A stretch of 64,000 nt of DNA from Cyanophyceae cyanobacterium (GCA_038321985.1 JBBQFN010000017.1:47681-111680), one strand, 5' to 3'; positions 1 to 13,798 are shown, numbered from the stretch's first letter. A program made the numbers and translations. The notes: generated by a model not told the origin, from the letters alone.

Positions 1-607
1 CTTCTAAATCCTCTCCCGTAAGCATACTGCCCGGAGTTCGGCCATTGAGAATGCTATTTTCCGGTACGCTGTCTCGCCAGACTTGGGTGCGGGCTACTAA
101 CCCAGCAGACGGAGGCAATAAATTTTTATGGGGGGAATAGAGTAACGGTTTTGAACCCCGACGGGTAATGGCTAAAAAGCAGATTAAGCGATTAAAATTG
201 GGCGGCGGTTCTATTTCAAAGTCCGGGGAAATTAAACTCCCATAAGCACCGGCTTTCGGATGTTGTTGGGCAAATTCATAGGCAGCAGATACCCAATTTG
301 AGGCTGGGATATTGTCATCATCCAGAAACCCAATTAAAGGACTCTTGACCTCTTTAACGGCCCGTCTACGAGCGTGAGCCGCCCCCTGTTCGGGTTCAAA
401 GCAATAGTGCAAAGGTCCGATTCCATCCCATTGCGCTTGATAGTCTCGCAGAATTGGGGCGGTGTTGTCGCTGCTGTTGTTATCAACCACTAGAATTTCC
501 CAGGAAAACCCTTCGGTGTTGACTTGCGATCGCAGTGCCTCTAACACTTCTGGAAAGCGCTTTTCCCCGTTATAGGTGCAAATTGCAACGGTTAAATCAA
601 CCCCCAT
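1..607 (-). CDS. Family 2 glycosyltransferase, HpsE-like (runs off the window start)
   Basis: Manual translation from ATG 607: MGVDLTVAICTYNGEKRF...WEILVVDNNSSDNT...GFLDDDN (GT-A N-terminus and DxD motif); absent from the ORF track. Confidence 0.85.
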   Translation of the reverse strand, partial: MGVDLTVAICTYNGEKRFPEVLEALRSQVNTEGFSWEILVVDNNSSDNTAPILRDYQAQWDGIGPLHYCFEPEQGAAHARRRAVKEVKSPLIGFLDDDNIPASNWVSAAYEFAQQHPKAGAYGSLISPDFEIEPPPNFNRLICFLAITRRGSKPLLYSPHKNLLPPSAGLVARTQVWRDSVPENSILNGRTPGSMLTGEDLE

Positions 608-740
608 CTTTCACTACTCCCTTGCCCTAAACAGTGCTATGGTTTCTCTGCCCTTTTGAAAACTCCAAGCCCTAAAATTTAACTATCCAATTTGGGGAAG
701 GACAGGGTGCTACCCTGTCCCTTTCATCAAAATAGCCCTT

Positions 741-3524
741 TTAGGGAATCGGTTCACTCTTGACATCGATCGCCTCATCAATAAATCGACTGTTCAGCGG
801 TTGAGTCTTGACTTCCTCAACGGATTCAATCGGTTCCGGCGGTTCATCGGGCGGGATTACTGGCTTTTTTTGAACCGGAACCGGCGGTTTAGTATCAAAG
901 GTCAATTTTGACGGTCCTCGGTCAATGTAAAGGGTATCTCCTGCAACAAATTTCCCTTCTAATAACAGAGTGGCGATCGGGTTTTCCAATTCTCGTTGAA
1001 TCGCCCGCTTGAGGGGTCTGGCCCCATAAACTGGATCGTAACCGACTTCGGTAATATAATCCAGAGCTTCATCCATGAGACTAAGGGAAATTTTTTGCTC
1101 AGCCAATAGCTTATCCAAGCGCTTGATTTGAATTTTGACAATTTCGCTCAACTGCGATCGCGTCAAAGCGTGGAAGAGAATAATCTCATCCACCCGGTTC
1201 AGAAACTCCGGACGAAAGTGCTTCCGTAGCGCCAGCATCACCCGTTTTTGCATTTCTTCATAGCGGGAATCATCCCCGGCTAAGTCTAAAATGTGGTCAC
1301 TGCCAATATTGCTCGTCATCACAATCACGGTATTTCTAAAATCGACCAACCGCCCTTGGGAGTCGGTGATTCGTCCATCATCGAGCACTTGCAACAAAAT
1401 ATTAAACACATCGGGATGAGCCTTTTCTACCTCATCCAACAACACCACGGAATAAGGATTTCGGCGCACCACTTCCGAGAGTTGACCCCCTTCGTCATAC
1501 CCCACATACCCCGGAGGCGCACCCACTAACCGGGAAACCGAGTGTTTCTCCATATACTCGGACATATCCAGGCGCACCAGGGAGTCCTCGGTGTCAAATA
1601 GGACCTGAGACAAGGCGCGGGCGAGTTCAGTTTTACCGACCCCAGTCGGTCCCATAAATAGGAAGGAACCGATCGGGCGTCCGGGGTCCTTCATTCCAGC
1701 GCGTGCCCGACGAATGGCAGCAGAAACAGCCGAAACCGCTTCTTGTTGTCCAATTACCCGCTGATGGAGAAACGATTCCATTTGTAGCAGTTTCTGCCGT
1801 TCTGATTCCAACAGGCGATTAATGGGAATCCCGGTCCATTTGGCAACAATTTCGGCAATATCAGCTTCCGTGACTTGTTCTCGCAGTAAAGTAGAGCCAC
1901 TGGCTTGCAACTTCAGCAGTTCGGCTTCTTTGGCTTCGCGATCGCGCTGTAACACCTCCAACTTGCCATATTTCAACTGCGCCGCCTTGTTCAAATCATA
2001 GTTGCGTTCGGCTTTTTCAATCTCCACCCGCAAGCCATCTTCCTGTTCCTTGAGCGCATTAATGGCATTGAGCAAATCCTTCTCCGTCTGCCATTGATTG
2101 CTTAGTTGCTGCTGCTTGCCGGTTAGAGTGCTAATCTCCTGGGTAATCCGCCCTAATCGTTCCTGGGAAGCGCGATAGGCGTTAGTTCCCACCACCCCCG
2201 CACCTTCCCCTTCCAGGGAGAGTTTTTCCATTTCTAACTGCATCAACCGGCGATCTGCCGCTTCTAATTCCGTGGGTTTGGAGGTAATCTCCATTTTCAG
2301 CTTGGCTGCTGCTTCATCTACCAAGTCGATCGCCTTATCGGGCAGAAAGCGATCGCTGATATAGCGATTGGACAAACTTGCCGCCGCCACCAATGCCGCA
2401 TCCAGGATTTTTACCCCATGATGCACCTCATAACGCTCTTTCAACCCCCGGAGGATGGAAATCGTATCATCCACCGTGGGTTGATCGACCATCACCTGCT
2501 GGAACCGACGCTCTAAAGCAGCATCTTTTTCGATATATTTGCGATATTCATCCAGGGTACTCGCCCCAATACAGCGCAGTTCCCCCCTTGCCAGCATAGG
2601 TTTAAGCAGGTTTCCCGCATCCATTGTCCCTTGTCCCGCCCCGGTTCCGACTACCGTATGCAATTCATCAATAAACAGGACAATTTGACCGTCGGACTGG
2701 ATCACTTCCCGCAGGACCGCCCGCAGCCTAGCTTCAAATTCACCTCGGAATTTGGCCCCAGCAATTAGACTGCCCATATCCAGGGAAATTAACTGCCGGT
2801 TTTTCAGGGATTCGGGGACATCCCCATTAACAATTCGTTGAGCTAGGGCCTCAGCGATCGCGGTTTTACCCACCCCCGGTTCCCCAATTAACACGGGATT
2901 ATTCTTAGTCCGTCGCGAGAGCACCTGAATTACCCGGCGGATTTCCTCATCTCGCCCAATTACCGGGTCTAGTTTGCCTTGTTTGGCTTGTTCGGTGAGG
3001 TCCCGTCCATACCGTTCTAGGGCTTCATATTCCGTTTCCGGACTTTGGTCTTTGACCTTAGAACTCCCCCGAATTTCCTTAATTGCCAGGTCCAGTTTTT
3101 GTTGCTCAAACGGGGTGCGGGCGTCAAGAGTAGAGGCTTTTAGGGCGCGACGTCCCAGGCGATCGTCTTCAGCAAAGGCCAGCAACATATGTTCGATGGA
3201 GATAAACTGGTCATCGAGATTTTGCCTTGCTGTTTCGGCCTTATCTAATAACAGATCTAAACTGCGCCCGAGGTAAAGTTGGCTGGTATTGCCGACTTTA
3301 GCTTGACGAGATGCAAAGGTGCTAACTTGTTGTACAAGTTTCTCGGGAAGGATTCCCGCCTTAGTCAGGATACGCTGGGCGAGTCCTTCTTGTTGTTCTA
3401 AAAGGGCGATCGCTAAATGTTCTACCTCCAGTTGCTGATGTTGGTAGCGACGGGCGACGTCTTGGGACTTGACAATGGATTCCCAAGCTCGGTCTGTAAA
3501 TTTGCTGGCGTCAGTAGGCTGCAT
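741..3524 (-). CDS. clpB: ATP-dependent chaperone ClpB
   Basis: Two AAA modules ([16 protein letters not shown]), coiled-coil middle domain, [10 protein letters not shown]. Confidence 0.97.
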   Translation of the reverse strand: MQPTDASKFTDRAWESIVKSQDVARRYQHQQLEVEHLAIALLEQQEGLAQRILTKAGILPEKLVQQVSTFASRQAKVGNTSQLYLGRSLDLLLDKAETARQNLDDQFISIEHMLLAFAEDDRLGRRALKASTLDARTPFEQQKLDLAIKEIRGSSKVKDQSPETEYEALERYGRDLTEQAKQGKLDPVIGRDEEIRRVIQVLSRRTKNNPVLIGEPGVGKTAIAEALAQRIVNGDVPESLKNRQLISLDMGSLIAGAKFRGEFEARLRAVLREVIQSDGQIVLFIDELHTVVGTGAGQGTMDAGNLLKPMLARGELRCIGASTLDEYRKYIEKDAALERRFQQVMVDQPTVDDTISILRGLKERYEVHHGVKILDAALVAAASLSNRYISDRFLPDKAIDLVDEAAAKLKMEITSKPTELEAADRRLMQLEMEKLSLEGEGAGVVGTNAYRASQERLGRITQEISTLTGKQQQLSNQWQTEKDLLNAINALKEQEDGLRVEIEKAERNYDLNKAAQLKYGKLEVLQRDREAKEAELLKLQASGSTLLREQVTEADIAEIVAKWTGIPINRLLESERQKLLQMESFLHQRVIGQQEAVSAVSAAIRRARAGMKDPGRPIGSFLFMGPTGVGKTELARALSQVLFDTEDSLVRLDMSEYMEKHSVSRLVGAPPGYVGYDEGGQLSEVVRRNPYSVVLLDEVEKAHPDVFNILLQVLDDGRITDSQGRLVDFRNTVIVMTSNIGSDHILDLAGDDSRYEEMQKRVMLALRKHFRPEFLNRVDEIILFHALTRSQLSEIVKIQIKRLDKLLAEQKISLSLMDEALDYITEVGYDPVYGARPLKRAIQRELENPIATLLLEGKFVAGDTLYIDRGPSKLTFDTKPPVPVQKKPVIPPDEPPEPIESVEEVKTQPLNSRFIDEAIDVKSEPIP

Positions 3525-3808
3525 CTTTTAAGTGCTGTCTGCCTCCAAAGGTATTTATTTAAGGGTTTAACCGGCTTAAATTAGCATCCGGACTATATAG
3601 CTATGGTATCTTATCGGAGTTTTTCGCTGAGCTCACCGTTTGCAATCCGGATCCAGAAGTCGTTCTCTTAATTGGGTGTCACGACTTTAGTCGTTTCCGC
3701 CTCCAACCTTACCTGTAGGTGGTTTGTTTGTTAAAAGGCGATCGCCTCCGAGCAAAGCCCCATACAATGACAGGACCACAGGGGCTTGTAAACCTGCGTC
3801 AGTTTTGA

Positions 3809-3869
3809 GGATAACGACTAAAGTCGTTACTACGAACCGGGGATAACGACTTTAGTCGTTACTACGAAC
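3809..3869. repeat. Two tandem GTAG-type REP-like palindromic repeats
   Basis: GGATAACGACT(AA/TT)AGTCGTTACTACGAAC at 3809-3837 and 3841-3869; palindromic core also at 3681. Confidence 0.8.
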
Positions 3870-4251
3870 TTTTTTGTTGTATCAATTCAATTTTATAACC
3901 ATTAGGGTCTTCCACGAAGGCGATCACCGTGGATCCGTGCTTCATCGGACCGGGTTCGCGGGTGACTTTGCCCCCTTGAGCTTTAATGCGATCGCAGGTG
4001 GCGTAAATATCATCCACACCTAGGGCAATATGACCATAGCCAGTCCCCAGCTCATAATGGTCGGTATCCCAGTTATAGGTAAGTTCGATCGCCGCTTCTT
4101 CCGATTCATCGCGATATCCCACAAATGCCAAGGTGAATTTTCCCCCGGGATAGTCTTTTTGCCGCAATAGCTTCATGTTCAAAACGTTGCAGTAAAAGTC
4201 CAGGGATTTTTCCAGGTTGCCCACTCGCAACATCGTGTGTAAAATTCGCAT
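3862..4251 (-). CDS. gloA: Lactoylglutathione lyase (glyoxalase I)
   Basis: [34 protein letters not shown]. Confidence 0.96.
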   Translation of the reverse strand: MRILHTMLRVGNLEKSLDFYCNVLNMKLLRQKDYPGGKFTLAFVGYRDESEEAAIELTYNWDTDHYELGTGYGHIALGVDDIYATCDRIKAQGGKVTREPGPMKHGSTVIAFVEDPNGYKIELIQQKSS

Positions 4252-4539
4252 GGTTTCTCCAAGTTTCCTGACTTTCTCCTATTGTAAGGGGCCGATGCCT
4301 TGCAGTCGGGAAAGGGTTCACATCCCCTAGGGGTGAGGGTTTACTCAATCCACTGGAGTAGGGCAACTGCTTGGGATCCTGATCGAGAAAATTTTTTAAA
4401 TCTGAGCCTCAACCCTAGAGTTGGCTGTATCGTAAAACTTTGAGGCAATAATTTGCTTGATCTGGCTTGCCGGTGAGGCAAAACTCAAAAACTCACCGAG
4501 TTTCAGCCCAGTAATATCTGAAATTTCAGGGGAGACTGA

Positions 4540-5841
<1,302 letters not shown>

Positions 5842-5989
5842 TTCCCAGACAATGGCGGGGTTTTGAACCCCCGCCTATAGAGTCACGAAATGAGGCGTTT
5901 CTACCTCAGTTAAAACTTATTAAATAAACTCAAAAATAGTAAGTTTAAAGAATAAAAATACCGATAATTTTAGAGGTTTATTTCATAAA

Positions 5990-6027
5990 TATGAGGAGTA
6001 GGGAGCGAGACGCTCCCTACTCCTCAT
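5990..6027. terminator. Long inverted repeat between convergent eno and argC
   Basis: TATGAGGAGTAGGGAGCG-AGA-CGCTCCCTACTCCTCATA perfect hairpin. Confidence 0.7.
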
Positions 6028-6051
6028 AAAGCAGCCAGATTCTGTTAACCC

Positions 6052-7110
6052 TTATGGATAAAAACCCAGTTCCGGCAATCCAAGGGTTTCATCCCAACCC
6101 ATCATAATATTTAGACATTGGATAGCTTGACCGGCTTGGCCTTTGAGTAAATTATCAATCGCCGAAATCACGATCGCGCGATCGGTGCGTTGGTCAATTT
6201 CTACGCCGATATAACACATATTACTGTTCATCGCCCACTTAGTTTGCGGATAGACTCCCGCAGGAAGCACCCGCACCCAAGGACTATTGCGGTAAAATGC
6301 AGTATAAATGGTTACCAAATCTTCGCGGACTAGACCGGGGTCCCGTAGTGTAGCGTAGACGGTGGATAAAATCCCCCGAACCATCGGCATCAGATGGGGG
6401 GTGAATTGGACCAAAATATCATGTCCGGCGAGGTCGCTACCAATAGACTCGATTTCTGGGGTATGGCGATGATGCGCTACCCCATAAGCACAGACGGAAT
6501 TATCAGCTTCGGCGAGTAACAGGTTGGTTTTGGCTTGGCGTCCGCCCCCGGAAATGCCGGATTTAGCGTCAATGATGGCGCTGTTGGGGACAATCATGCC
6601 TTGTTTGAGGAGGGGGGCCAACGCGAGGATACTGGCGGTGGGATAGCAACCGGGACAGCCGACGAGTTGGGCATCTTTAATGCGATCGCGGTATAATTCC
6701 GGCAAGCCATAGACAGCTTGGGCCGCAGTTTCACCATCGCTGCGATCGCCACCGTACCAATTTTTATAGGTTTCTAAATTACTAAATCGATAGTCGGCAG
6801 ACAGATCGAGAACCTTACAGCCTTTTTCGAGTAATCGGGGTGCCATTTTGCAGGCTAAGCCATTGGGCAAGGACAGGAAAACCGCTTGACAGCGATCGGC
6901 GATCGCGTCAACATCCACTGGCTCAATCAGGAGGTCAGTCGCCTGACTCAGATGAGGATACAGATCGGAGAAGGGTTTACCCGCACTGCTATCGCCCCCT
7001 AAATAGACTAAATCCAGTTGGGGATGATCCCTAATTAGGCGAACCAGTTGCACGCCACCATATCCAGATGCTCCAACAATCCCCACGCGCATCGTTTCTA
7101 ATTCACCCAT
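6052..7110 (-). CDS. argC: N-acetyl-gamma-glutamyl-phosphate reductase
   Basis: [34 protein letters not shown]; start placed at MGELET. Confidence 0.95.
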   Translation of the reverse strand: MGELETMRVGIVGASGYGGVQLVRLIRDHPQLDLVYLGGDSSAGKPFSDLYPHLSQATDLLIEPVDVDAIADRCQAVFLSLPNGLACKMAPRLLEKGCKVLDLSADYRFSNLETYKNWYGGDRSDGETAAQAVYGLPELYRDRIKDAQLVGCPGCYPTASILALAPLLKQGMIVPNSAIIDAKSGISGGGRQAKTNLLLAEADNSVCAYGVAHHRHTPEIESIGSDLAGHDILVQFTPHLMPMVRGILSTVYATLRDPGLVREDLVTIYTAFYRNSPWVRVLPAGVYPQTKWAMNSNMCYIGVEIDQRTDRAIVISAIDNLLKGQAGQAIQCLNIMMGWDETLGLPELGFYP

Positions 7111-7371
7111 CACCTTACTCCACTCCAAATATAGAGAGCTAGAGCGGTCTTGATCGCTCTAGCTGTTGCATTCTAGTACCAAATGGTAAAAGCGATCGTA
7201 CAAATCCCTACAGCTTATTTAGTTTCAAATGAGAATAACTGTGGGCTTCAGGGGAGGTTTTTTACAAATAGCCGGATTTAAGGAAACTCCCATCGCCATG
7301 AGGACCCCAGCGACCTATCCCTCCCCGGGTGAAGGAGAGGGGACTCGACGAGTTACAGGAGTTAGGATCGA

Positions 7372-7902
7372 CTAGCGATTGGGATACCAAAACATTCCTT
7401 TTATGCCCTCGGGATCCGACATAAATCCCAAGGTTCGGTAGAACTCAACCACATGAGGATCCGCAAACAAGGTGATATTGCTGATATCCTCACTCCGCAG
7501 ACGCTTGATCGTGTAATTCATCAGCGCCTTGCCTAACCCTTTCCCCTGGTATTCGGGATGAACCACGACATCCCAGATTGTGGCATTAAAAGCATGGTCG
7601 GAGGTGGCGCGAGAAAAGCCGATCAACCGACGGGTTTTCCCGCGCATTTCCCACATTGAAACCACTAGAAAACTATATTGAATTGCTTTTTTAACCTTAC
7701 GCAGAGGGCGACGAGACCAGCCCACTGCATCACAGAGTTCTTCAAGTTCGTAAAGGTCGATATCTCGATCCGTACTGAAATAAACCCGAGGACTGCTACC
7801 GGGGCGATCGCTAATCCCGGCAGATTGATAACCCTCGATTTGCGCTCCGATCGGCGCAGAAGACGTATCAGAACCGCTAAATAAATTTTTCCAAAAACCC
7901 AT
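7372..7902 (-). CDS. GNAT acetyltransferase (Ycf52-like)
   Basis: [28 protein letters not shown] motif A; start placed at MGFWK. Confidence 0.88.
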   Translation of the reverse strand: MGFWKNLFSGSDTSSAPIGAQIEGYQSAGISDRPGSSPRVYFSTDRDIDLYELEELCDAVGWSRRPLRKVKKAIQYSFLVVSMWEMRGKTRRLIGFSRATSDHAFNATIWDVVVHPEYQGKGLGKALMNYTIKRLRSEDISNITLFADPHVVEFYRTLGFMSDPEGIKGMFWYPNR

Positions 7903-8624
7903 GAAGGTTTGGTTAGGGTAGTAAAACGGGGTGGACAAGCGCTATCCCCAACCGAGGATAAGCAGGGGTTAACAAGATTATGATCGACTTAAAAAAGGCC
8001 GATCGCCGCGTTCAACAAACGGAAAATGCTGCCGGATAATGCAACTGAGTGGTTGACCCGTCTACGATTGTACCGTGGCAAGGGCGACTTACTCCCAATC
8101 CCACCTCAGATGCTCGCCCTGTAACGAAATAGTCGTGATCGAATCGTTGTGAATCCGCTAGCGCGATCGCCCTGGGGCTGGAGCCATCAGCCAGAGGCCA
8201 TCGCAATCCCCCAGGGCGATCGGCTTAGTGTCGCCCATGATGGCATTATGATTAATATAGCAACCTACCTCAGCCGAGTTGATGCACCCGCGTCTTTGAT
8301 AGGCCCCAGATTGCAGTCGGGGTCTGATGCGACCCTGTACACCCCATTTGTCAGGACTAGCCGAGGGTCAACCCCTCCCCCTAGAGTAGCCTCGGCTTGA
8401 ACCCGTCAAAAGGCCTCCCTTGGGTTGGAAAGATGCTTCTTTGCATTATCGTTGCGAGTCGTGCAGTTGCTCGTCCCGCACGGTATGACAGTTACAGCCT
8501 GGGTTGAAAAGGACGAAACTTTAATAGCTTTCGCCATCCGATAATCGTTCTATCGTAAAAACCCCGGGCTGCTGTCTTCCTTTGTGTTTTTGACAGGAGC
8601 AAGCGAGTTCTCCCACTCCCCAAT

Positions 8625-9350
8625 ATGGCACCGGGTTTAAAATCATCGACTATGGACCTGCTCAAACGCTTCAACCGAGCGTTTCCGCAGTTCTACGAAC
8701 AATTTGTCAGCAGTGAAATTCAGCTCCAAAACCTCAAGTTAGCCTACCAGCTTTACCGAACTAAACAAGCGGTAATTGAACTCAGACCCGAAGGGACCAA
8801 AAGTGCGCTGCATTTTGCGTACCGCAATCAATCCTTTCTGCTGAGCGATATTTTTGGGGTTCTGGCTGCCTACGGACTCACGATCCACAGTCTGAGTCTT
8901 TACGGCCAAATTTATCCACCGATGTTGGTGTTTATCAAGTTGGTGGTGTCTCGCGGCGGTAAAGCACTCACAGATAAGACCGCAGAAAATGTGTGTCGGG
9001 CGGTTCGTGAAGCCCTAGCGGGTCACTTTGAAGTAGAAGAAATGCTGGCGGTGGAATTCAATCTCGATGCCGGTTTAGAGGACGTGGAAACTGAGTTCTA
9101 CGTCGATCCAGTTTTCCATCTTCCGGCCCTTCTGATTGAAGCCGATAACCAGCCGGGATTGTTCTATAAAGTGATGTACGCCATCTGGCAAGAGGATTTA
9201 CTGGTCGTCAATGCGAACTTACTGGTTTGGCGAGGACGAACCCGCCTGATTCTTTATTTACTAGGACCTAATGAAAGCCTGATTCCGGAATACCTCGGAC
9301 AAAAAATTGCCGAAGGGGTGCGCCAGCGATTGCTCGGGAGGCGTTTTTAA
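8625..9350 (+). CDS. Conserved hypothetical protein with two ACT-like repeats
   Basis: Long ORF; NQSFLLSDIFGVLA and EADNQPGLFYKV resemble the ACT DxPGL motif. Confidence 0.6.
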   Translation: MAPGLKSSTMDLLKRFNRAFPQFYEQFVSSEIQLQNLKLAYQLYRTKQAVIELRPEGTKSALHFAYRNQSFLLSDIFGVLAAYGLTIHSLSLYGQIYPPMLVFIKLVVSRGGKALTDKTAENVCRAVREALAGHFEVEEMLAVEFNLDAGLEDVETEFYVDPVFHLPALLIEADNQPGLFYKVMYAIWQEDLLVVNANLLVWRGRTRLILYLLGPNESLIPEYLGQKIAEGVRQRLLGRRF

Positions 9351-9552
9351 GCGGCAGCTCTAGCCCTCCCCCAGTCTATGAGACCTTGAGCCTTAATACT
9401 CAAGGGTTCGATTCAAGATTGAAGGAGGCTCCTTTGTCCCCCGTTATCCCGACGGTCCCCTTGGACCTTCTGTGTCGATCGCTGGCTTCTCCCACCCGGT
9501 GCGATCGCCTAAGTGATTGGATTCAGACGACTTCTTCGCTCTTGATAACAAC

Positions 9553-10410
9553 ATGGAAACGATAGACATTCTGGGGGTCCCTCATGCTTATGAACTTACC
9601 GATCCCAGCCCCTCTCCCCATGTTCTAGTTTTTATCCACGGTTGGCTCCTCAGTCGCCGCTATTGGCAACCCCTGATCGATCGCCTATCAGTCGATTATC
9701 AGTGCCTCTGTTATGACTTACGTGGATTTGGGGATTCTCAACCCTATTCCCACCCGAAATCTCAGGTTCATAGGGGTTACACTCCCAGCGCCTATGCCCA
9801 AGACTTGGAAGTATTACTCGACAAACTAAATATCTCTAGCGCGTGGCTGATCGGTCACTCCCTCGGCGGCAGTATCGCCCTGTGGGGGGCTTCTCAACTC
9901 CCCTCCAAGGTAAAAGGGGCGCTCTGCGTCAATTCGGGAGGGGGCATTTATATTAAAGAAGAATTTGAACGCTTTCGTTCGGCGGGACAGGTTTTTGTAA
10001 AAATGCGCCCCCGTTGGCTAGGCCACCTACCGGGCATTGATTGGTTATTTACCCGCGATAGTGTGGCCCGCCCCCTCCCTCGCCATTGGGCAAAGCAACG
10101 CCTGCTGGACTTCGTAATCGCTCACCCCGAGGCGGCTTTAGGAGCGTTGCTCGATTCGACTACGGAAGTAGAGGTGCATCAGCTTCCTCAGTTAGTCTCC
10201 CAGCTTACCCAGCCGGTTTATTTCATCGCTGGCACCAAGGACAAGGTGATGGAACCGAAGTATGTTCGGCATTTAGCCAGTTTTCATGCCCTATTTGCAG
10301 GGGAGGGTATGAATGTGATTGAAATTCCCGAATGCGGTCACTTATCAATGGTGGAACAACCGGATCGGGTGGCGACTGAAATTCGCCAGATTCTCAGCAA
10401 TCATGGTTAG
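9553..10410 (+). CDS. Alpha/beta fold hydrolase
   Basis: FIHGW, YDLRGFGDS, GHSLGG nucleophile elbow, C-terminal GH. Confidence 0.9.
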   Translation: METIDILGVPHAYELTDPSPSPHVLVFIHGWLLSRRYWQPLIDRLSVDYQCLCYDLRGFGDSQPYSHPKSQVHRGYTPSAYAQDLEVLLDKLNISSAWLIGHSLGGSIALWGASQLPSKVKGALCVNSGGGIYIKEEFERFRSAGQVFVKMRPRWLGHLPGIDWLFTRDSVARPLPRHWAKQRLLDFVIAHPEAALGALLDSTTEVEVHQLPQLVSQLTQPVYFIAGTKDKVMEPKYVRHLASFHALFAGEGMNVIEIPECGHLSMVEQPDRVATEIRQILSNHG

Positions 10411-10456
10411 GGGTGCCAACCAACGGGGATGGTGACCCCCGTCGGTTTCTGGCAAT

Positions 10457-11497
10457 TTAATAATAAAGCTGGTTAGCGTCGGTTAAGGCCATCCGAGATT
10501 GAGCACCCAGGGTGAGGGGGCTGTGGTTGCCTCGGTTGAGGCGATCGGCAGCAGCACAGGCAATCATGGCGGCGTTGTCGGTGCAGTATTTTAAGGGGGG
10601 AAATAGCACTCGCAGGTTGTAAGCGGAGGCATCGGCAAGAAGCCGTTGCCGTAGGGCGCTATTAGCGGCGACTCCCCCCCCGACGACGATGGTATCCCGA
10701 CTGCGATCGCGGGCGCAGGCGATAGCTCTTTTACTTAAGGCTCTAGCCACCGTATCCTGAAAACTGGCTGCAATATCTTTAACCGGGAGTTCCTCCCCGG
10801 TCGCTTTGAGTTTTTCCACCAAGCGCAGCACAGCAGTTTTTAATCCGCTAAAACTGGTGTCATAAGGATGATATCCCCCTTCAGGTCTGGAAATTTTCCC
10901 CTCGGGTAGCTTAAAAGCCTGGGCATTCCCTTCTTTAGCAAGGCGATCGATGATTGGCCCTCCCGGGTAACCCAGCTTTAACAGTCGCGCCACTTTATCA
11001 AAGGCTTCTCCTGCGGCATCATCCCGAGTTTGTCCCAGGGTTTCATAAATGCCGCAATCTTGGACATCAATCAAGCTGGTGTGACCTCCGGAGACTAACA
11101 GGCAAATAAAGGGGGGTTCTAAGGTCGGTTCACTGAGGTAGGAGGCGTAGAGATGCCCTTCTAGGTGATGAATGCCTAGAAAGGGCTTTTGGTGCAGCAT
11201 GGCGAGGGTTTTACCGGCGGTTAAGCCCACCAAGAGAGCACCGACGAGACCCGGTGCACAGGTGGCGGCGATGCCGTCAATGTCGGACCAATTGAGCTGG
11301 GCTTCTTCTAGGGCTTGGGCGATCGCCCCATCAATCACCTCTAAATGAGAGCGAGAGGCCACTTCCGGAACGACTCCCCCATACTGCTGATGGACAGCAA
11401 TTTGAGAAGAAACAACGTTACTCTTTACTTCACGATTCTTTACAATTGCTACCGCAGTTTCGTCACAACTTGTTTCAATTGCTAAAACGGTTGCCAT
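10457..11497 (-). CDS. tsaD: tRNA threonylcarbamoyladenosine synthesis protein TsaD
   Basis: [39 protein letters not shown]. Confidence 0.97.
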   Translation of the reverse strand: MATVLAIETSCDETAVAIVKNREVKSNVVSSQIAVHQQYGGVVPEVASRSHLEVIDGAIAQALEEAQLNWSDIDGIAATCAPGLVGALLVGLTAGKTLAMLHQKPFLGIHHLEGHLYASYLSEPTLEPPFICLLVSGGHTSLIDVQDCGIYETLGQTRDDAAGEAFDKVARLLKLGYPGGPIIDRLAKEGNAQAFKLPEGKISRPEGGYHPYDTSFSGLKTAVLRLVEKLKATGEELPVKDIAASFQDTVARALSKRAIACARDRSRDTIVVGGGVAANSALRQRLLADASAYNLRVLFPPLKYCTDNAAMIACAAADRLNRGNHSPLTLGAQSRMALTDANQLYY

Positions 11498-11785
11498 TGG
11501 TTGATAATTTTTGAAGTGATGGGTTAGCTATTAGCTAGCTTAATCTTTACGAGGTTGTCTTAGCAGAGTATGATTTTCTGGAAGTTCCCAGAACTCGTCT
11601 GCTCTTACCCAATTCAGTTTGATCAGTGGCGATCGCCCTTATGTACTGGGGAGAATGACTTTAACCCGTCCTTCTGCCACAGACTGAGAAAAAGACCGCA
11701 CAGATCGATAAACTAGATCCGGTAACAAAGCAGCCTCCGGTTTTGTTAACAATCTTGATGTTTCGTAACAAAAGGAAACAATTCT

Positions 11786-12274
11786 ATGGGACGATTGTTC
11801 GCGTTAGTTCTGACGATTTGCCTTTGGTTCAGCTTTGCCCCTGCTGCATCTGCTGACTTATACCAAAACCTCACTCCTTGCAGTGATACTCCGGCATTCG
11901 TCCAAAAGGCTAAGAATTCTATTGCTAAAAACCCAGGCGCAAAAGCTCGGTTTGAAAAATATTCCAGCTTGTTATGTGGACCCGAAGGTTATCCTCATTT
12001 AATTGTGGATGGCAACTTGGCTCACGTTAATGAGTTTGGAATTCCCAGCCTGCTGTTTCTGTATATTGCAGGATGGATCGGCTGGGCTGGTCGTTCCTAT
12101 ATAATTGCCGCCCGTGACAGCGGCAAAGCTGAAGAAAAAGAAATTATCATTGACATTCCTTTGGCAATCAAATGTTCTCTGAGCAGTGCCGCTTGGCCCT
12201 TGGCCGCTTTGGGAGAATTTACCACGGGTAAATTAACGGCCAAAAATAACGAGATTACTGTCTCACCCCGTTAG
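11786..12274 (+). CDS. psaF: Photosystem I subunit III
   Basis: Signal peptide, [33 protein letters not shown]. Confidence 0.97.
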   Translation: MGRLFALVLTICLWFSFAPAASADLYQNLTPCSDTPAFVQKAKNSIAKNPGAKARFEKYSSLLCGPEGYPHLIVDGNLAHVNEFGIPSLLFLYIAGWIGWAGRSYIIAARDSGKAEEKEIIIDIPLAIKCSLSSAAWPLAALGEFTTGKLTAKNNEITVSPR

Positions 12275-12367
12275 AAAAGTTCAGTTGCCAAGATTTTAGA
12301 TTTTAGAGGAATAACCTAAAATCTAAAATCTACATATTAACCCCTGTTGAATTTAGGAGAAGCGTTC

Positions 12368-12493
12368 ATGGATTCTTTCGTTAAGTATCTGTCGCTCGGA
12401 CCAGTGGTCTTAATCGTATGGTTGTCGTTGACGGCAACTCTCTTGATTGTCGCTAACAAGATCTATCCTGATGCCTTGGTTCCCCCTTTCTAA
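12368..12493 (+). CDS. psaJ: Photosystem I subunit IX (divergent)
   Basis: Manual translation [49 protein letters not shown]; directly downstream of psaF. Confidence 0.9.
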   Translation: MDSFVKYLSLGPVVLIVWLSLTATLLIVANKIYPDALVPPF

Positions 12494-12544
12494 GGGAGGC
12501 TAAAGACTTATCATTACCGGCAAACTGAGTCCGGCTTCAGTTTA

Positions 12545-12590
12545 AAAAAGCAGTGGCCTCTATTGAAATCAATAGAAGCCACTGCTTTTT
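12545..12590. terminator. Bidirectional hairpin terminator between psaJ and gmk
   Basis: AAAAAGCAGTGGCCTCTATTGA-AA-TCAATAGAAGCCACTGCTTTTT. Confidence 0.75.
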
Positions 12591-12863
12591 GATTAAGACT
12601 CTAGCTTCCCGGCTAAAAACCCAATCTTTCGCGTTCAAATTCCCCCGAACCAGGGCGGGTATAAAAAAGATTAGAGCGCGTCTCAATCCGACAAATCTTC
12701 AATAGTTAAGAAGTGCTTTCGCCCCCGCATCACCGGAGTGAGAGCTTCTAATTTTCTATTGGGGTCAGGGAGCTAGAAGCTCTCACGTCTTGAAGAATTA
12801 TCTCTTTGATTTAAACAGGCTATAGAGGCAAGAGGTTGATTAGAGGCGATCGCAATTAGGTAC

Positions 12864-13424
12864 TTAAGAAACCGGCGCAAACAACGCCGCCTCGATCGCC
12901 TCTAATGCCAGGTCAAAATTATCATTAACAATGGCAATATCAAATTCACCCGCTGCGGCAATTTCCTCTTGAGCGCGAAGCAGACGACGGGCGATCGCCT
13001 CCTCGGAATCTTGAGCGCGATCGCGAATTCGCCGTTCCAACTCCTCCGGTGACGGCGGTAAAATAAACAATTGCAGCGCCCCAGGAAAGGTTTCTCGAAC
13101 TTGTCTGGCCCCTTCTAACTCAATTTCCAGCACCACTAACTTCCCTCCTGCGATCAGGGCTTCCACCGGGGTTCTAGGAGTCCCATAAAAATTGCCTGCA
13201 AACTCAGCCCATTCCAACAGTTGACCCGTTACAATCAGCTCTTGAAATTGCTCCCGGTTCACAAAATAATAATGTCGCCCCTCAATTTCTCCCTCCCGGG
13301 GAGTACGAGTAGTCACGGATATGGACAACTCCAATTGTGGGTGACGTGCCAACAGCGATCGTAGCAACGTTCCCTTCCCCACACCACTCGGACCTGTAAA
13401 CACTATTAATTGACCCATCTGCAT
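12864..13424 (-). CDS. gmk: Guanylate kinase
   Basis: TGPSGVGKGT, TTRTPREGE, YGTP; start placed at MQMGQL. Confidence 0.95.
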   Translation of the reverse strand: MQMGQLIVFTGPSGVGKGTLLRSLLARHPQLELSISVTTRTPREGEIEGRHYYFVNREQFQELIVTGQLLEWAEFAGNFYGTPRTPVEALIAGGKLVVLEIELEGARQVRETFPGALQLFILPPSPEELERRIRDRAQDSEEAIARRLLRAQEEIAAAGEFDIAIVNDNFDLALEAIEAALFAPVS

Positions 13425-13546
13425 AACTTCCCTAACAACTTGCTTGCCCAAAAAATTGCCCAGTCCCCTAAGCCCAGGGTAACCGACCGTTAAGTTACCA
13501 AAGCGCTTACCCATTCAGAACACCGTCAATCCTTGCCCTAATTTGC

Positions 13547-13798
13547 TTAACTATCTTTGCTGGTAACGAACCGATTGGCAACCGTCTCCGGCTGAATTGA
13601 GGATAGAATGACATGGCTCGAATCCATAATAATCACCGCCCGAGTACGCCGTCCGTAGGTCGCATCAATCAGCCGATTCCCCTCCCGTGCCTCGCTGACA
13701 ATCCGCTTGATGGGAGCTGATTCCGGACTGACAATGGCAACAACTCGATTCGCACAAATGATATTGCCAAACCCGATATTAATAAGCTGAATATCCAT
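13547..13798 (-). CDS. remA: RemA/DUF370 family protein
   Basis: [27 protein letters not shown]; upstream of gmk as is typical. Confidence 0.9.
   Translation of the reverse strand: MDIQLINIGFGNIICANRVVAIVSPESAPIKRIVSEAREGNRLIDATYGRRTRAVIIMDSSHVILSSIQPETVANRFVTSKDS

Noticed and set aside
3809..3869. Possible mini-CRISPR array
   Set aside because: Only two palindromic units separated by 3 nt; no spacers and no cas genes
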